Assembly (NCBI GenBank): GCA_001244265.2
Contig: CDLV01000018.1
Location: 62,001-126,000, forward strand
Length of the DNA: 64,000 nucleotides
Direction of reading: 5' to 3'
Origin: Microbotryum violaceum
Taxonomy: Eukaryota
In this document: in pieces, positions 49,801 to 60,840 of the stretch
Layout of the letters: each line of letters opens with the position of its first letter
Position numbering within the stretch: position 1 is the first letter of the stretch
Notes under the pieces: model-generated
The model's database searches: none
What the model saw: only the letters and a program-made list of their open reading frames with translations
Told to the model about the DNA's origin: nothing
Position numbers and translations under genes: made by a program

Positions 49801-50518
49801 CCAAACGCCACCAAGCCTTCCTCTACCCTCCTATCCTCCCTCTCGGTCATCAGAGGGTTTTCTGTCTCCCCGAGCAACGCTGGAATGCCTGGTGGAAGGC
49901 GCTACGCAAGATTCGCAGGGTTCATTCGGACGCCGAAGACACGGCCCACCTCCTCTCCCTAGGTTCACTTCATCCAGGTAGCCAAATCGCTTCTCCAAAT
50001 AGCCGTTCTCTCCACAATCGATCTACCGCATGTGTCATGTGCCTGTCGGAGGCTCCGGAGACCCTGGCACACCTTGCGGTCGGTTGCCCGTTTGCCCGCC
50101 GCCTCTGGTCTGCGCTCACTCCTATCCCACACCCCGACTTTGTTCAGTTCGTGTGCCCGGTCGTTTCTCGCTCGGAACGCCGACCCGTCGAGCTGCGTCT
50201 ACTCTTCTTCCACGCGATCTGGAAGCTCTCTCGTCGCCGTCGATTTTCGTCGGATCCTCTGGAGCCGATCGCCGAAACGGCATTTGAGGAGCTCCGCGCG
50301 TCCATCCAGGAGTCCAAGGGACGACTGGTTTCGCTGTAACCGCCTAAGGGGGTTTTAGTGGGTATGGTTGATTTTGTTCCAAGGTCAACGAGTCCCACAC
50401 TACTGGCCTCGCCAGTGTGCTTAACTGCATTCCCTCCGTCTTTTCCGAGGATTTTTAGGCATTAATATAGATATGCTGTTAATGAAATCTATTAGATAAA
50501 AAAAAAAAAAAAAAAAAA
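46876..50518 (+). mobile_element. 5'-truncated non-LTR retrotransposon (L1/Tx1-like), copy 1
   Basis: APE motifs LLSET, GGDWN and RLDRIY; RT motifs SPGPDG, DFEKAYD, GVRQGDPL and LFADD; C-terminal CVMC..ETLAHL..C. ORF2 stop at 50339, A21 tail at 50498-50518, frameshifts near 47318 and 49285. Confidence 0.96.
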
Positions 50519-50620
50519 GCGACGTACTAAGGGCTACTAAGGGTCTCCAAAGGTTCGAAAGGCGGAGCTCGGCGCGAGGCACCGTGATTTGGCCGACTTG
50601 AAAAAAGAAACTCCTATTGG

Positions 50621-52053
50621 ATGGACAACAACAACAACACCAACAACGCCAGCCATGCTGCTATACCACCTCTTCGCCCTGACCCTCCCGATCCTCCCGG
50701 CCAAGCCCCCGCCACCACCACCAAATCATACTCCGCCGCGGTCGGCGCCCGCTCCGCTGCGAAGCACGGAAACGCCACCGCCAACGCCTCGACTGCCGTC
50801 GCCGCCCATCCACTGATGCACAACATCGAGAATTGTGTCATCATCAACACCCCACCCTCAACCTCGGTCGAGCAAGTCCTCCTCGCGCTTGACAAATACT
50901 ACCCTGGCCTTACCGGCGCAATGCCATGCGTCATCAAGGGTCAGCGCGGCCTCCGCTTTCCCAAGGCCGCCGATCTCGACACCCTGGTGGCCAACGGCCT
51001 CACTGTTGGCAAGACTCTGTGCAAAGTCGAAAAGCTGTACAGCTCTACTAGAGGAGGTGTTGTACAATGCACCCTTACGGGCTTTTTCTCCGACCCCGAG
51101 GGCCTCTGCCTATTCGATGAGCAGATCGCTGCCTATGGCACGGTCCTCCGTCGTCGCATCCAATACATTGGAAAGACGAAACACATCTCTGGGGTGTACG
51201 ACTTTATCCTTGCCCTTAAGGATGTAGATGTTCTGCCCCCTGCCTCACTTTCTATTGCTCGTGACGGTGTCACTGAGCGAATCCCACTGAGGATCACCGG
51301 TGGCATGCGCCACTGCGTCTTCTGCCGTTCCGCGGCTCACGTCCGTAAGGATTGACCCGTCGCCCCGGCGTGCAAGTCCTGCGCGAGCACCTCGCACGCC
51401 ACCCAGCACTGCCCGGCCCGTCATGTGTCGAGCCCCCAGGGAACCCCCACGTCACGTGCCCCGCAAGCCTCCACCGTTACCACCGCCGCCCCCGCCGCCG
51501 TGTCCAAGTCGATCTCCCCGGCCTCCGCCCACGACCGCACGACCAAAAAACGTCGAGTGGAACAGGATCTGGCTGCCCAGACTGAAGATCTGTCCAACAG
51601 AGCTCAGCCCGATTCTCTGTCGAAGAATGCCCGCCCCGAGTTCTCCTTCAATTTCCCTTGCAAAACTGCCACTCCTCCTGCCCCCAGCCTGCCTCCAATC
51701 AGGGAATTGCCTACTCCCTCGTTGAAAATTTTTCGGAGTCCCCCAGCTCAGAGACCACTTCTCCATCCCCAAGCCCTCCTCCGGCCACGCCAAAGTCGAT
51801 CATAACTCGATCCAAGTCGATTGCCGCCATCTCCAAGCCAGCCACTCGTGAAGCCCCTCCCACTGCGCCTGCCCTCGAAGCCTCCGAGCCGATCCCTGAG
51901 CCGTCTTCGCCCACGCCGTTGCCCTCAGCCGCGCCCAAAGCCCGACCCGATGACGCCGACACCGACGACGAGGCCGACGAAGAAGCCGAAGACCAAGAAG
52001 CACCTCCTAAGGACGTGGAAGACGCTATGGACCAAGATGATGAGCACAACTAA
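50621..52053 (+). pseudogene. LINE ORF1 (gag-like, two CCHC knuckles)
   Basis: SYSAAV and CVFCRSAAHVRKD*..CKSCASTSHATQHC. A TGA stop falls at the Cys position (51353) and frameshifts follow downstream. Confidence 0.88.
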
Positions 52054-55000
52054 AATCCCAAACGTGTCTTTTGTTGCTGCCAACGTGCAGTCAATCAATG
52101 AAGACCGTAAGCGTGCCTCTCTTTTCTCCAATCTCCGCTCCCATAACGCCGACGTCTTTCTCCTGAGCGAAACTGGCCGACCTTCCCCGAAAGGGTGGCC
52201 CAGTGGACTCAGGAGTGCCAAGACTTAAAGCTCTCCGCTCTTTCACTCCTTTCAACAACACTGCCATACTTTGGAAGAGCGACTCCGTGGTCATTACTTT
52301 TGATCCCGAGTCGCCTCCAAACACTCTTCGTGCCTCTTTCTCTTTCCCGGACCGAGTCACCGACGCCACCTTTTGTGTGGGTGATTCAAAAGTCCGGGTT
52401 GTATCAATATACGCGCCTTCCTCCGACAAGCCAGACAAAAAACGCTTCCTCTCACACCTCAGCACCGCCCTCCGACAAGTTGTACGTGACGAACCCTCGC
52501 CGCCTGCGCTCCTAGTCGGGGGGGACTGGAATTGTGTTGAGTCCCAGCCCCTCGATTCGGAGAACCAAAACGGAACGAATTATGGGGGTCAGGAGATGCG
52601 CGACCTTGCCACGGCCAACAATCTTTTCGACGCCTATCGGCTCCATCATCCTAAAGGACGAGCCACGACGAATCGCTCAGCGCCCGGCACGTGCCGTCGC
52701 CTTGACCGCATCTATGTCTCGCCTGATTGGGTCGACCTCTTCCATGATCACAAAATTTGGGCTCCTGCTCCTGTCCTCAAATCGACGCACTCAATGGTTG
52801 TGGCACGGTTCCAAGTGCCGGGCGCAATCGACATCGGTCCGGGCAAATTCAAGCTGGGTTTGCACGTGATCGAGGGCGACGCGACCTGCGAGTACCTCAC
52901 CTCCATTGTCCGCACCCTTTACAACAAAGCCCTCCTCCAGACGCCCAACAATCCACCAGCAGCTTGGACGTCCACCAAACACCGCCTGCTGCCCGAGCTG
53001 CAGGCTCTGGCCCGGACTTTCGCTGACCACTCGCGCTACGGCGCGGCCCTGCGGTCCCGCCTCGACCCATCTCTGGCGGGTCCCTCTTCCATCTTCATCC
53101 GCCTGCGCAAAGTGCGAGCATCCGACCTGATCCCTTCGCTCACGGTCAACGATGTTGTTCATTCCGACCCTGATTCGATGCTTGGAGCGGCCGGCGACTA
53201 CTTCGAGCGGGTCTAGAGGACCGCCCCATCGATGACGCGGTCCTGAAGGCGGTCATCGACGGCCTCGCTTCAACTCGCCTCTCCCCGCGGACTCACTCAA
53301 GCTCGATGAAGCGTACCCGTTGGAGATGACAAAGGCTCAAGCGGCGTTTAAGTCGAACTCTTCGCCAGGGCCTGACGGCCTCCCGGTTGAGTTTTATCGC
53401 GCTACGTGGCCGGCCACTGGCCCGATTCTTCGAGACGTCATCAACTCGATCCCCACCGAGGCCCGTCAGCCTGGACCTCTTCCCCGCCACACCGCCCACA
53501 TCCATCTCATCCACAAACGCGGCGAGAGGGATCAGCTTTCGAACAAACGCCCCATATCGCTCATCAATGCGGACGAGCGCATCATCTCGCAAGCCCACAA
53601 CCAGCGCCTCGCTCCCTTGCTCGAGTCCCTGATCGGCCCAACCCAACGTGGCTTTGTTCCGAACCGTTGGATCGGCACGAACATCGCTGAGGTTCAATGT
53701 CTCATGGACCCTGGACTTCCGGGCTCAACACCCGTGTCTGGCATGCTAGCGGTGATGGACTTTGAAAAGGCTTACGATCGTCTTTCCCACCCGTACCTTG
53801 ATGCAGTCCTCTGCGCCGTTGGCCTCGGCCCCAAAGCCCGCCAATGGTACCGAGCGACCTACACCAACCAATCTGCCTCGATCTTCCTCAACGGTTGGCT
53901 CTCTGCCACTTTCGACATCCTGTCGGGCGTTCGGCAAGGTGATCCTTTGGCTCCGTCTCTCTTCGTCCTGGCGATCGAAGGTTTTGCCTGTCAGATTCGA
54001 TTGAGAGTCAAGGGCATCGATATTGCGGGCCTCCAAAACGTTCGCGAACTCCCTTTTGCCGACGACGCTTGCTGCGCACTCCACAACCTCTCGGACCTCG
54101 ACCACCTCAATCGGGCGATCGAGCTTTACGAACGGGCAAGTGCCAGCAAGCTCAGCAACGTCAAATCTTTCCTCTACCCCCTTGGAGCTTTTCGGGATCG
54201 GTCGATCGCCCCAGATCTCGGGACCTGGCGTCTCAGCGATTCGCAGTTTCGCTACCTTGGTATTCAGGTCGGGGTGGAGATCGCCGAGGATGCGGGCTGG
54301 CAAGATGTCAAGGCCTTGACCATCGCTCGGATACGCTCGATTCCGATGTACGATCTCCCATATGCAGCCAAGTGTTCGATCATCAACATCTACTGCTACA
54401 CAAAGATCTTGTACTACAGCCGATTCCTTCCCGCCCCCAAGAGCGTTGTCAAGGAGATCGAGGAGGCCGCCATGCTCGCCATTCACGGTCGAGCTTCGGA
54501 TGGTACTCAGCGACGTCCGAAGGTCTCCCGGTCGCGCCTCTGCACCCCTCTCGATCACGGTGGCTTCGGTTTGATTGATCTGCCTCGGCGTCTAGCAATC
54601 GATCACGCGAAGTGGGTCTTCCAGCTACGGGCCCCGGACGGCTGCTTCACACGCCACCTCTTCGACATCCGCATCCGCCTCCAGGCACCAAACGAACCAA
54701 CCCCTTTCACCTTGTCCAGACCGGCCCCCAACCAGCATCGTTGCCCTTGGATTTGGATCTGGTGGGCATACTTTTGCCATCCTCCCCCAAAGTGGGACCA
54801 TGCGGTGAGAAAAACGACAAAACTTCTTCCTGCTCGTTGGGTCCGATACTTCGAAGCCTGGGCGTCGGTGACCACGCTCAATCCCCCGGAACTCTCCAAG
54901 AGCCAGAACCTCGAGCAATGGGCGACGCACGTACTCTATTTCCCAGCGGGCCACGGAATACAACTCTCGGTAAACCCGAGGCTTTTTCGAGGGCCCGATG

Positions 55001-55574
55001 GCGAGGTGATGACCCCGTCTTCGTTTGTGAACGCGTCCAAACGCCACCAAGTCTTCATCCTCCCCCCTATCTTCCCCAAGGGACACCAGAAGGTATTCGA
55101 TCTGCCTGAGCAACGCTGGAACGCTTGGTGGAAGGCTTTGCGCAAGGTTCGCCGGGTTCACTCGGACGCCGAGGATACCGGCCACCTTCTCTCCCTGGGG
55201 TCCCTCCATCCGGGAAGCCAAGTCGCCTCCCCAACCAGCCCACATCCCAACAATCGATCTACCTCCTGTGTGATGTGCCTCTCGGAAGCACTCGAGTGCC
55301 TGGTTCACCTCGCGGTCGGCTGCCCATTTGCCCGGCGCCTCTGGTCTGCTCTGTCCCGACCCCCCACCCAGTCTTTGTGGACTTTGTATGCCCGGTCGTG
55401 TCTCGCTCGGAACGTCGACTTGTCGAACTACGAGTCCTCTTCTTTCACTCGATCTGGAAGCTGTGTCGCCGTCGTCGATTCTCGTCGGATCTTTTGGAAC
55501 CGATCACCGAAACGGAGTTCGAGGGGCTTTGAGCCTCTATCCAGGAGTCCAAGGGTCGCCTAGTGTCTCTGTAA
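52037..55574 (+). pseudogene. LINE ORF2 (APE-RT-zinc finger), disrupted
   Basis: Start MMSTTKIPNVSFVAANVQSIN; stop at 53214; frameshifts near 52190-52240, 53300 and 55365; FADD retained. Confidence 0.93.
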
Positions 55575-55852
55575 GACACCAAAGGGGGTTTTAGTGGGTA
55601 TGGTTGATCCTGGTTCAGGGTCAATGAGTCTTACACTACTGGCTTCTGCCAGTGTGCGTAACAGCATTCCCTCCGACTTTTCCGAAGATTTCTAGGTATT
55701 AATATAATTATGCTGTTAATGAAGTCTATCAAATAAATAAATAAAAAAGCGAGAGATCGGGAAGTCGAATCTACGGCTTAGCCACCGACGCCGCCTAGAT
55801 CGCCGCCGTCCCCATCTGCATTCCTCGTCCCGGACACCTAAGTGCGTTCACT

Positions 55853-58312
55853 ATGGCAACTCTACTCTCCTCGTAAGTACCTCTCCGGACAGGAGCCACC
55901 CTTTCTCTCCATGACCCTTTGTGATTCGAGCGCGACCGAGACCTAGCTGACCGACGCCATGTTCCTTGCTCGCGTCGCTCGACATACAGCCTTCCCGCCC
56001 CTCGCCACCTCGTCAACGCCGACGGTGACGATGCGGATGATGTTGCAAAAGTGCCCGGCGTCCAGGGCTCGTCGAGCAGTTCGGTTCTGACTACGACGGC
56101 TCGCGTGATTCCGGCGTACGGCCAGCGCAAGGGCTGGCGGCCAACGCAGATGACCGACTTTGGCGATGGTGGCTCTTACCCTGAATGTCATGTCGCCCAG
56201 TACCCGCTTGAAATGGGCCGCAAATCCAAGGTTCGTACCACCACATGCTCCGTCCTCTTTCTTGCTCCAAGGACCCTCGAGGGCGTCCGTGTGGATCGCT
56301 GCTTCGTGGGTTGGCCTCACGCTGATCAATCACGTCTCTACGCCCCCCATGATACACGACAGAGCAACTCGGGTAACACGTTGGCGTTACAAGTGGACGC
56401 TGATGGGAACGTCAGATACGATGCCATCGGTACGCACCTCCACCATCGCCCGGACTGGCTTCCTTCGCTGTCACTCGTGCTAATTCAGCCTCTGATCGCC
56501 GGTGCCTTTCCTCAGCGCAACAAGGTCATCGCGACGGCCGTCTTGTCCAATCGTCATTCAAGGATCTCATCCCCATGGTCAACCGCACCGACATCAAGGT
56601 TCGGGACATGGAACGCCCCTCGGAGGAGGAGGTCCAGACGACGGCGGAAAGGACCAAAGCCGCTCTCGAGAAGCTCGTGCAGGGCAAGATCAAAGCCGCT
56701 CAGCCTAATAATGTGCCCAACTCCCAGGGTAAGTTGGCGCGTCTTGTAAGCTTCGGTGGTGGTGGTGTACTCGTGCTGATTCGCACTCGCTTGGCCTCTG
56801 CAGGCGAGATTTCGTTCATGCGCTACACACCTCAGCAGGGTGATGGAACTCAACAGCGCATCATCAAAATGGTTTGTTCTGCCGCGGTGACACAAGGTTC
56901 GATCGCGCACGCGCTGATCTTGTGTGATCCCTTCCTCTCGCGCAGACCGAAGTCGTAGAGGATCCCCTTGAGCCGCCTCGCTTCAAAGGCAAGAAGATTC
57001 CCCGAGGCCCTCCTTCACCTCCTCCGCCCGTCCTGCGCTCCCCGCCTCGCAAGGTCACAGCCCAAGACCAGAAGGATTGGATGATCCCTCCCTGCGTCTC
57101 CAACTGGAAGAACAACAAAGGTTTTACGATCCCGCTCGACAAGCGTCTGGCCGCTGATGGTCGCGGCCTCCAGGACGTGCTCATCAACGATCGATTCGCA
57201 CAGTTCTCGGAAGCGCTCTACATCGCTGATCGCCACGCGCGCGAGGAAGTTCGACAGAGGAGTCTGATGCAACAGAAGATCGCGCAGAAGGAAAAGGAAG
57301 CGAAGGAGGAGCACTTGAGGATGCTGGCCCAGCGCGCCAGGGAAGAACGATCGGGGATCGTCTCGAGCCACGCGCCGGCGAGGGTTGTTGCGGGTGCCGA
57401 AGGCGGCTCGATGCCTTCCGCGTTGGCGGGATATGGAAGTGACTCGGACTCGGACGCCAATTCGACTACACAATCGCCGCCGCCGCGCCGAATAGCAGCG
57501 GACGAGCGAAGCGGCGAAGACAGCGCCAGCGAGGGTGAGAGCGAGGGTGACGAGAACGAGACGGAGGAGGATCGACGTGCCGCCAAGGAGCGCGAGCAGA
57601 TCCGACGCGAGCGCAAGAAAGAACGCGAGAGGGAGATGAGGATGAGCAATATGGGGACAGAGCAGCGTGCCAAGGTGTTGGCAAGGTCCGTTTATTCATA
57701 CTCACTCACATACAGTCGGAAGATGCTTACGGGTGATCGATCCTTAATTCCCCACAGAGCAACTGGTCGCGATATTTCGGAGAAGATCGCACTTGGTCTC
57801 GCAAAGCCTACTTTGTCGAAAGAAGCGATGCTCGACTCGCGCCTTTTCAACCAGGAGCAACTCAATACCTCGTTCGGCGACGACGATTCGTACAATATCT
57901 ACGACAAACCCCTCTTCTCCGGGTCGTCGGCCGCGGCTGCGATTTACCGACCTCGGGGAGCCAATATCGACGACGAAGGAAACGATGTTTCGCTCGAAGA
58001 CGGCATTTCGAAATCAATGCAGAACGACCGCTTCGGTTTGGGAGTTGCGGGGCGTGGGTTTCAAGGATCGGACTTGGCCGAAGTCCGAGACGGGTTAGTC
58101 CAACACGAGGCAAAAGATAGTACGAGACTAGGATATGGTGATACTAACTTTTTTGCACGGTGTAATTCTGTCTCGCTAGCCCCGTCGCTTTCGAGAAGGA
58201 CACCGCTGATCCTTTCGGTGTCGACGCGTTCCTCGAGACGGCCAAAGCGGGCAACCCGAAACGCGGGTTGGACGTCAAGGACGATGCTGCTCGTAAGCGA
58301 GCACGGGACTAA
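55853..58312 (+). CDS. PRP45: Pre-mRNA splicing factor Prp45/SNW1 (SKIP), multi-exon
   Basis: DFGDGGSYPECHVAQYPLEMGR, DPLEPPRFK..PSPPPPVLRSPPRK, WMIPPCVSNWKNNKGFTIPLDKRLAADGRGL and DISEKIALG. Confidence 0.97.
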
Positions 58313-58542
58313 GACCCCAATGCTGCTACACCATAACTGTTCGTTCTTTGATTCTGGACATCTTGGAAGCTTTTTTTCTCCTGTAATTGTGAAAGACGCC
58401 GACTTGACAGCTAGCATGATGATTTCATCTTTGTTGACCGTACGAAGAGTTGGCGTCACACCAGACTCCCTCGGGTTCCCTCATGCTTGTCCAACAGCGA
58501 CTATTCATGTTGATGTTATTGGTCCAATAAGGACTGCTCGTA

Positions 58543-59953
58543 TTACAACCACCCGCCTGGCAACTGTGGACATACAGTATCCCCGCCCTTATCCTGCCAT
58601 TCAAGTTGCACGATCTTGACGTACAATCTGGACAACAGCTCCGCACCTTCAACGGCGCCAATCGCAAGCTCCTTCCGATCAATCAGATTCCTGATTCGAG
58701 TCAAATCCAGTTTCTCTCGTTGAACGGCGCAGAAGTCGAGGCACAGATCGGCAACCGGTCTGAAATCACGAGAAAACGGCGAAAAGAGATTGTTCAAGGC
58801 GCTCGTTGGGATCAACGAGGAAGAGAAGGCTTCGAAAGCTGCGAGACGAAGTGCTTTGATGCCCAAACTGTCTGCGAGACGGTACATGGCTTCTGGGTTT
58901 GGCGCTGAGGACGGAGAAAAATTCTCAAGGTGGACCGGTGGAAGGGCAGGTCTAAGATGTCCGACAGGGGCCAGGATCTCAATGGGCGAATCATCCTCTT
59001 CCATCGCTGTTCCCTGATCCCGAGTGAGCACCAGATCCGGTGCATGATAGTCCCCAAACTGAATCCGGCCAAACCGAAGCCACTCCAACAGCACTTCGTA
59101 CGCTTCGTACGTGTTGCCACTGGTCTCCACGACCGCCCACGTCCGAGCGCCGGCGACACATCCAAAATCCAAATCTGAAAAGCTTCCTGAGGGTGCCAAG
59201 ACCTGTGCCAATCGAGGTACATGGGATCGAAGGAAAGCAGCGTTTTCGTACAGGACCCTTCGGGATGGAAGGAATAATAGGCGGAGATTGTGTGGGTTTC
59301 GTGCAAGATGGGTTCCTGCAGGCCGCCGAGCGAGAATTCAGAGTCAGCGAAGAAAGACAGATCCCGCTCAGAATATGCTTGAAAAGTGAGAACGCACTGA
59401 GATATGCTGACCTGACCCGTTCAAGTGTGGTAGACATCATCCGATGTTCCTTCATCATCCTGACGCGAGCAAGTTGGACTTCTGGATTCGCAGGTTCGCC
59501 GATACGGACCGAAATGCGGAAACCAAGCTCTGGCGATTGAGAACCCATGACGAGCTTTGTCAAGACATTCCCGTCAAGCGTGCACCTTTCCACTTCAGTT
59601 GACCATCCCAGCAAAGACGCGTGCGGCTCCCAACTAGCTCGACCACCTGTAATGGGTGATGCGGTCTGGTGATCCGCGGCGCCATCATATATCAGCGTGG
59701 TCGCCACAGTGGTGGACGAGCGAAGACGGGTCGAGCACCCCTTAGGCCGAATACTGCCCGTCATGTCCTCGACCAATTCCAACGCAGGACGGTCGGGAAG
59801 CCAACTGATGCGCCAGGTCGTCTTGTAGTCGGGTTCAGAGCCTTGACCCGACCCAGTGACGACGACGAACGACGAGGACCATTGTGCGGTCGACAAGTCG
59901 GCTTTGCGCAGGTTCAGGACGAAATGATGGGTCACACTGGTGGGCTCGAACAT
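58543..59953 (-). CDS. Hypothetical protein, probable BTB/POZ fold
   Basis: Spliced ORFs with SGNTYEAYEVLLEWLRFGRIQF and PEAMYRLADSLGIKALRLAAFEAFSSSL, a pattern typical of basidiomycete BTB-like proteins. Confidence 0.65.
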
Positions 59954-60840
59954 GGTCACGCGTGAAAATCAAGAAGTGTCGGAGGAAATGTTAGGACGAA
60001 GAAGGAGGTGACTTGGGCGCTTGCACAGCGTTCAGAGCCTTCGCAAGCGTGATCTAGCGTGATGGAGTGTGATGGGTCCCGGGGCCCGGGGACTGCCCGG
60101 GGGCCCACTGAGAGCTCGAAGTGATCACTCGCAAGCCCAACCTAGCCCAGCCGTCAGCAGCCGAGTATGTATGGAGGGCGCAAATGTGCCGAGAGCACCT
60201 TCAGTTATCACGCAGGATACGAAACCGGATCCCTATCTACTTCTTTCTGAGAGGCTTGCTCTCCCCACGACACAATTCATTCACCTCTAATGACCCGAAA
60301 CGGAGATGCATGCCATTTTCCCGATCCTTGGTGTGATCATTCTGGTCGTACGGGGGCCTGAAACCAGTATCTTCCCGTGGCATGACAAAAGAAAACATCT
60401 TGCAGAGGTGTCTGCTAGGCGAGGCCCAGAGAGGCGACGAAAGGAGAAGAACAGAAGGGATCGACGAGATCCCTAATACTCGATAGAAATGTGCATCGCG
60501 GGCAAGATTCCTCAACTTGCGTCAGACGATGCAACCGAAGACCGTGCGCCATTCATGCTCTCTCATCCTTCTCGCGTTCTCTCCGAAAAGAAATGATCAC
60601 GCCCCCCCGCCAGAGTGGTGAATGAGTCGATCTTGAAAAAGACATTGTTTTTAGCGGCGCACATTTGCCCCGCTGCGTTCCCTCCTGGAAGCTGACGAGG
60701 ACAAAGAGAAAGCCTGCTACGTCATCCGTCATCATCATCATCATCACCATACTGCGCTCCTTCCTTCACCCCCACACACCGATGCACTTCCCCTCAAATA
60801 GCCCGGGCCGATTCCAATCAGGCGATTCAAGAGAAGACGT

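Larger units (their letters stand above)
50523..55748 (+). mobile_element. Full-length but disabled non-LTR retrotransposon (L1/Tx1-like), copy 2
   Basis: About 98-nt 5' UTR, ORF1, ORF2, a 3' UTR homologous to copy 1 and an (AAAT)n/A tail. AAAAAAGCGA occurs at both ends. Confidence 0.96.

Noticed and set aside
50578-50610. GGCACCG..ACTTGAAAAA resembling pieces of the Cas9 tracrRNA scaffold
   Set aside because: Short, in the wrong order, inside a LINE 5' UTR of a eukaryote; chance similarity.
51353-51355. TGA at a zinc-knuckle Cys as possible selenocysteine or recoding
   Set aside because: The same copy has several other stops and frameshifts, so simple decay explains it.
60073-60106. GC-rich inverted repeat upstream of the BTB-like gene
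   Set aside because: Short and compositionally likely; no tRNA or ncRNA features and no second copy.
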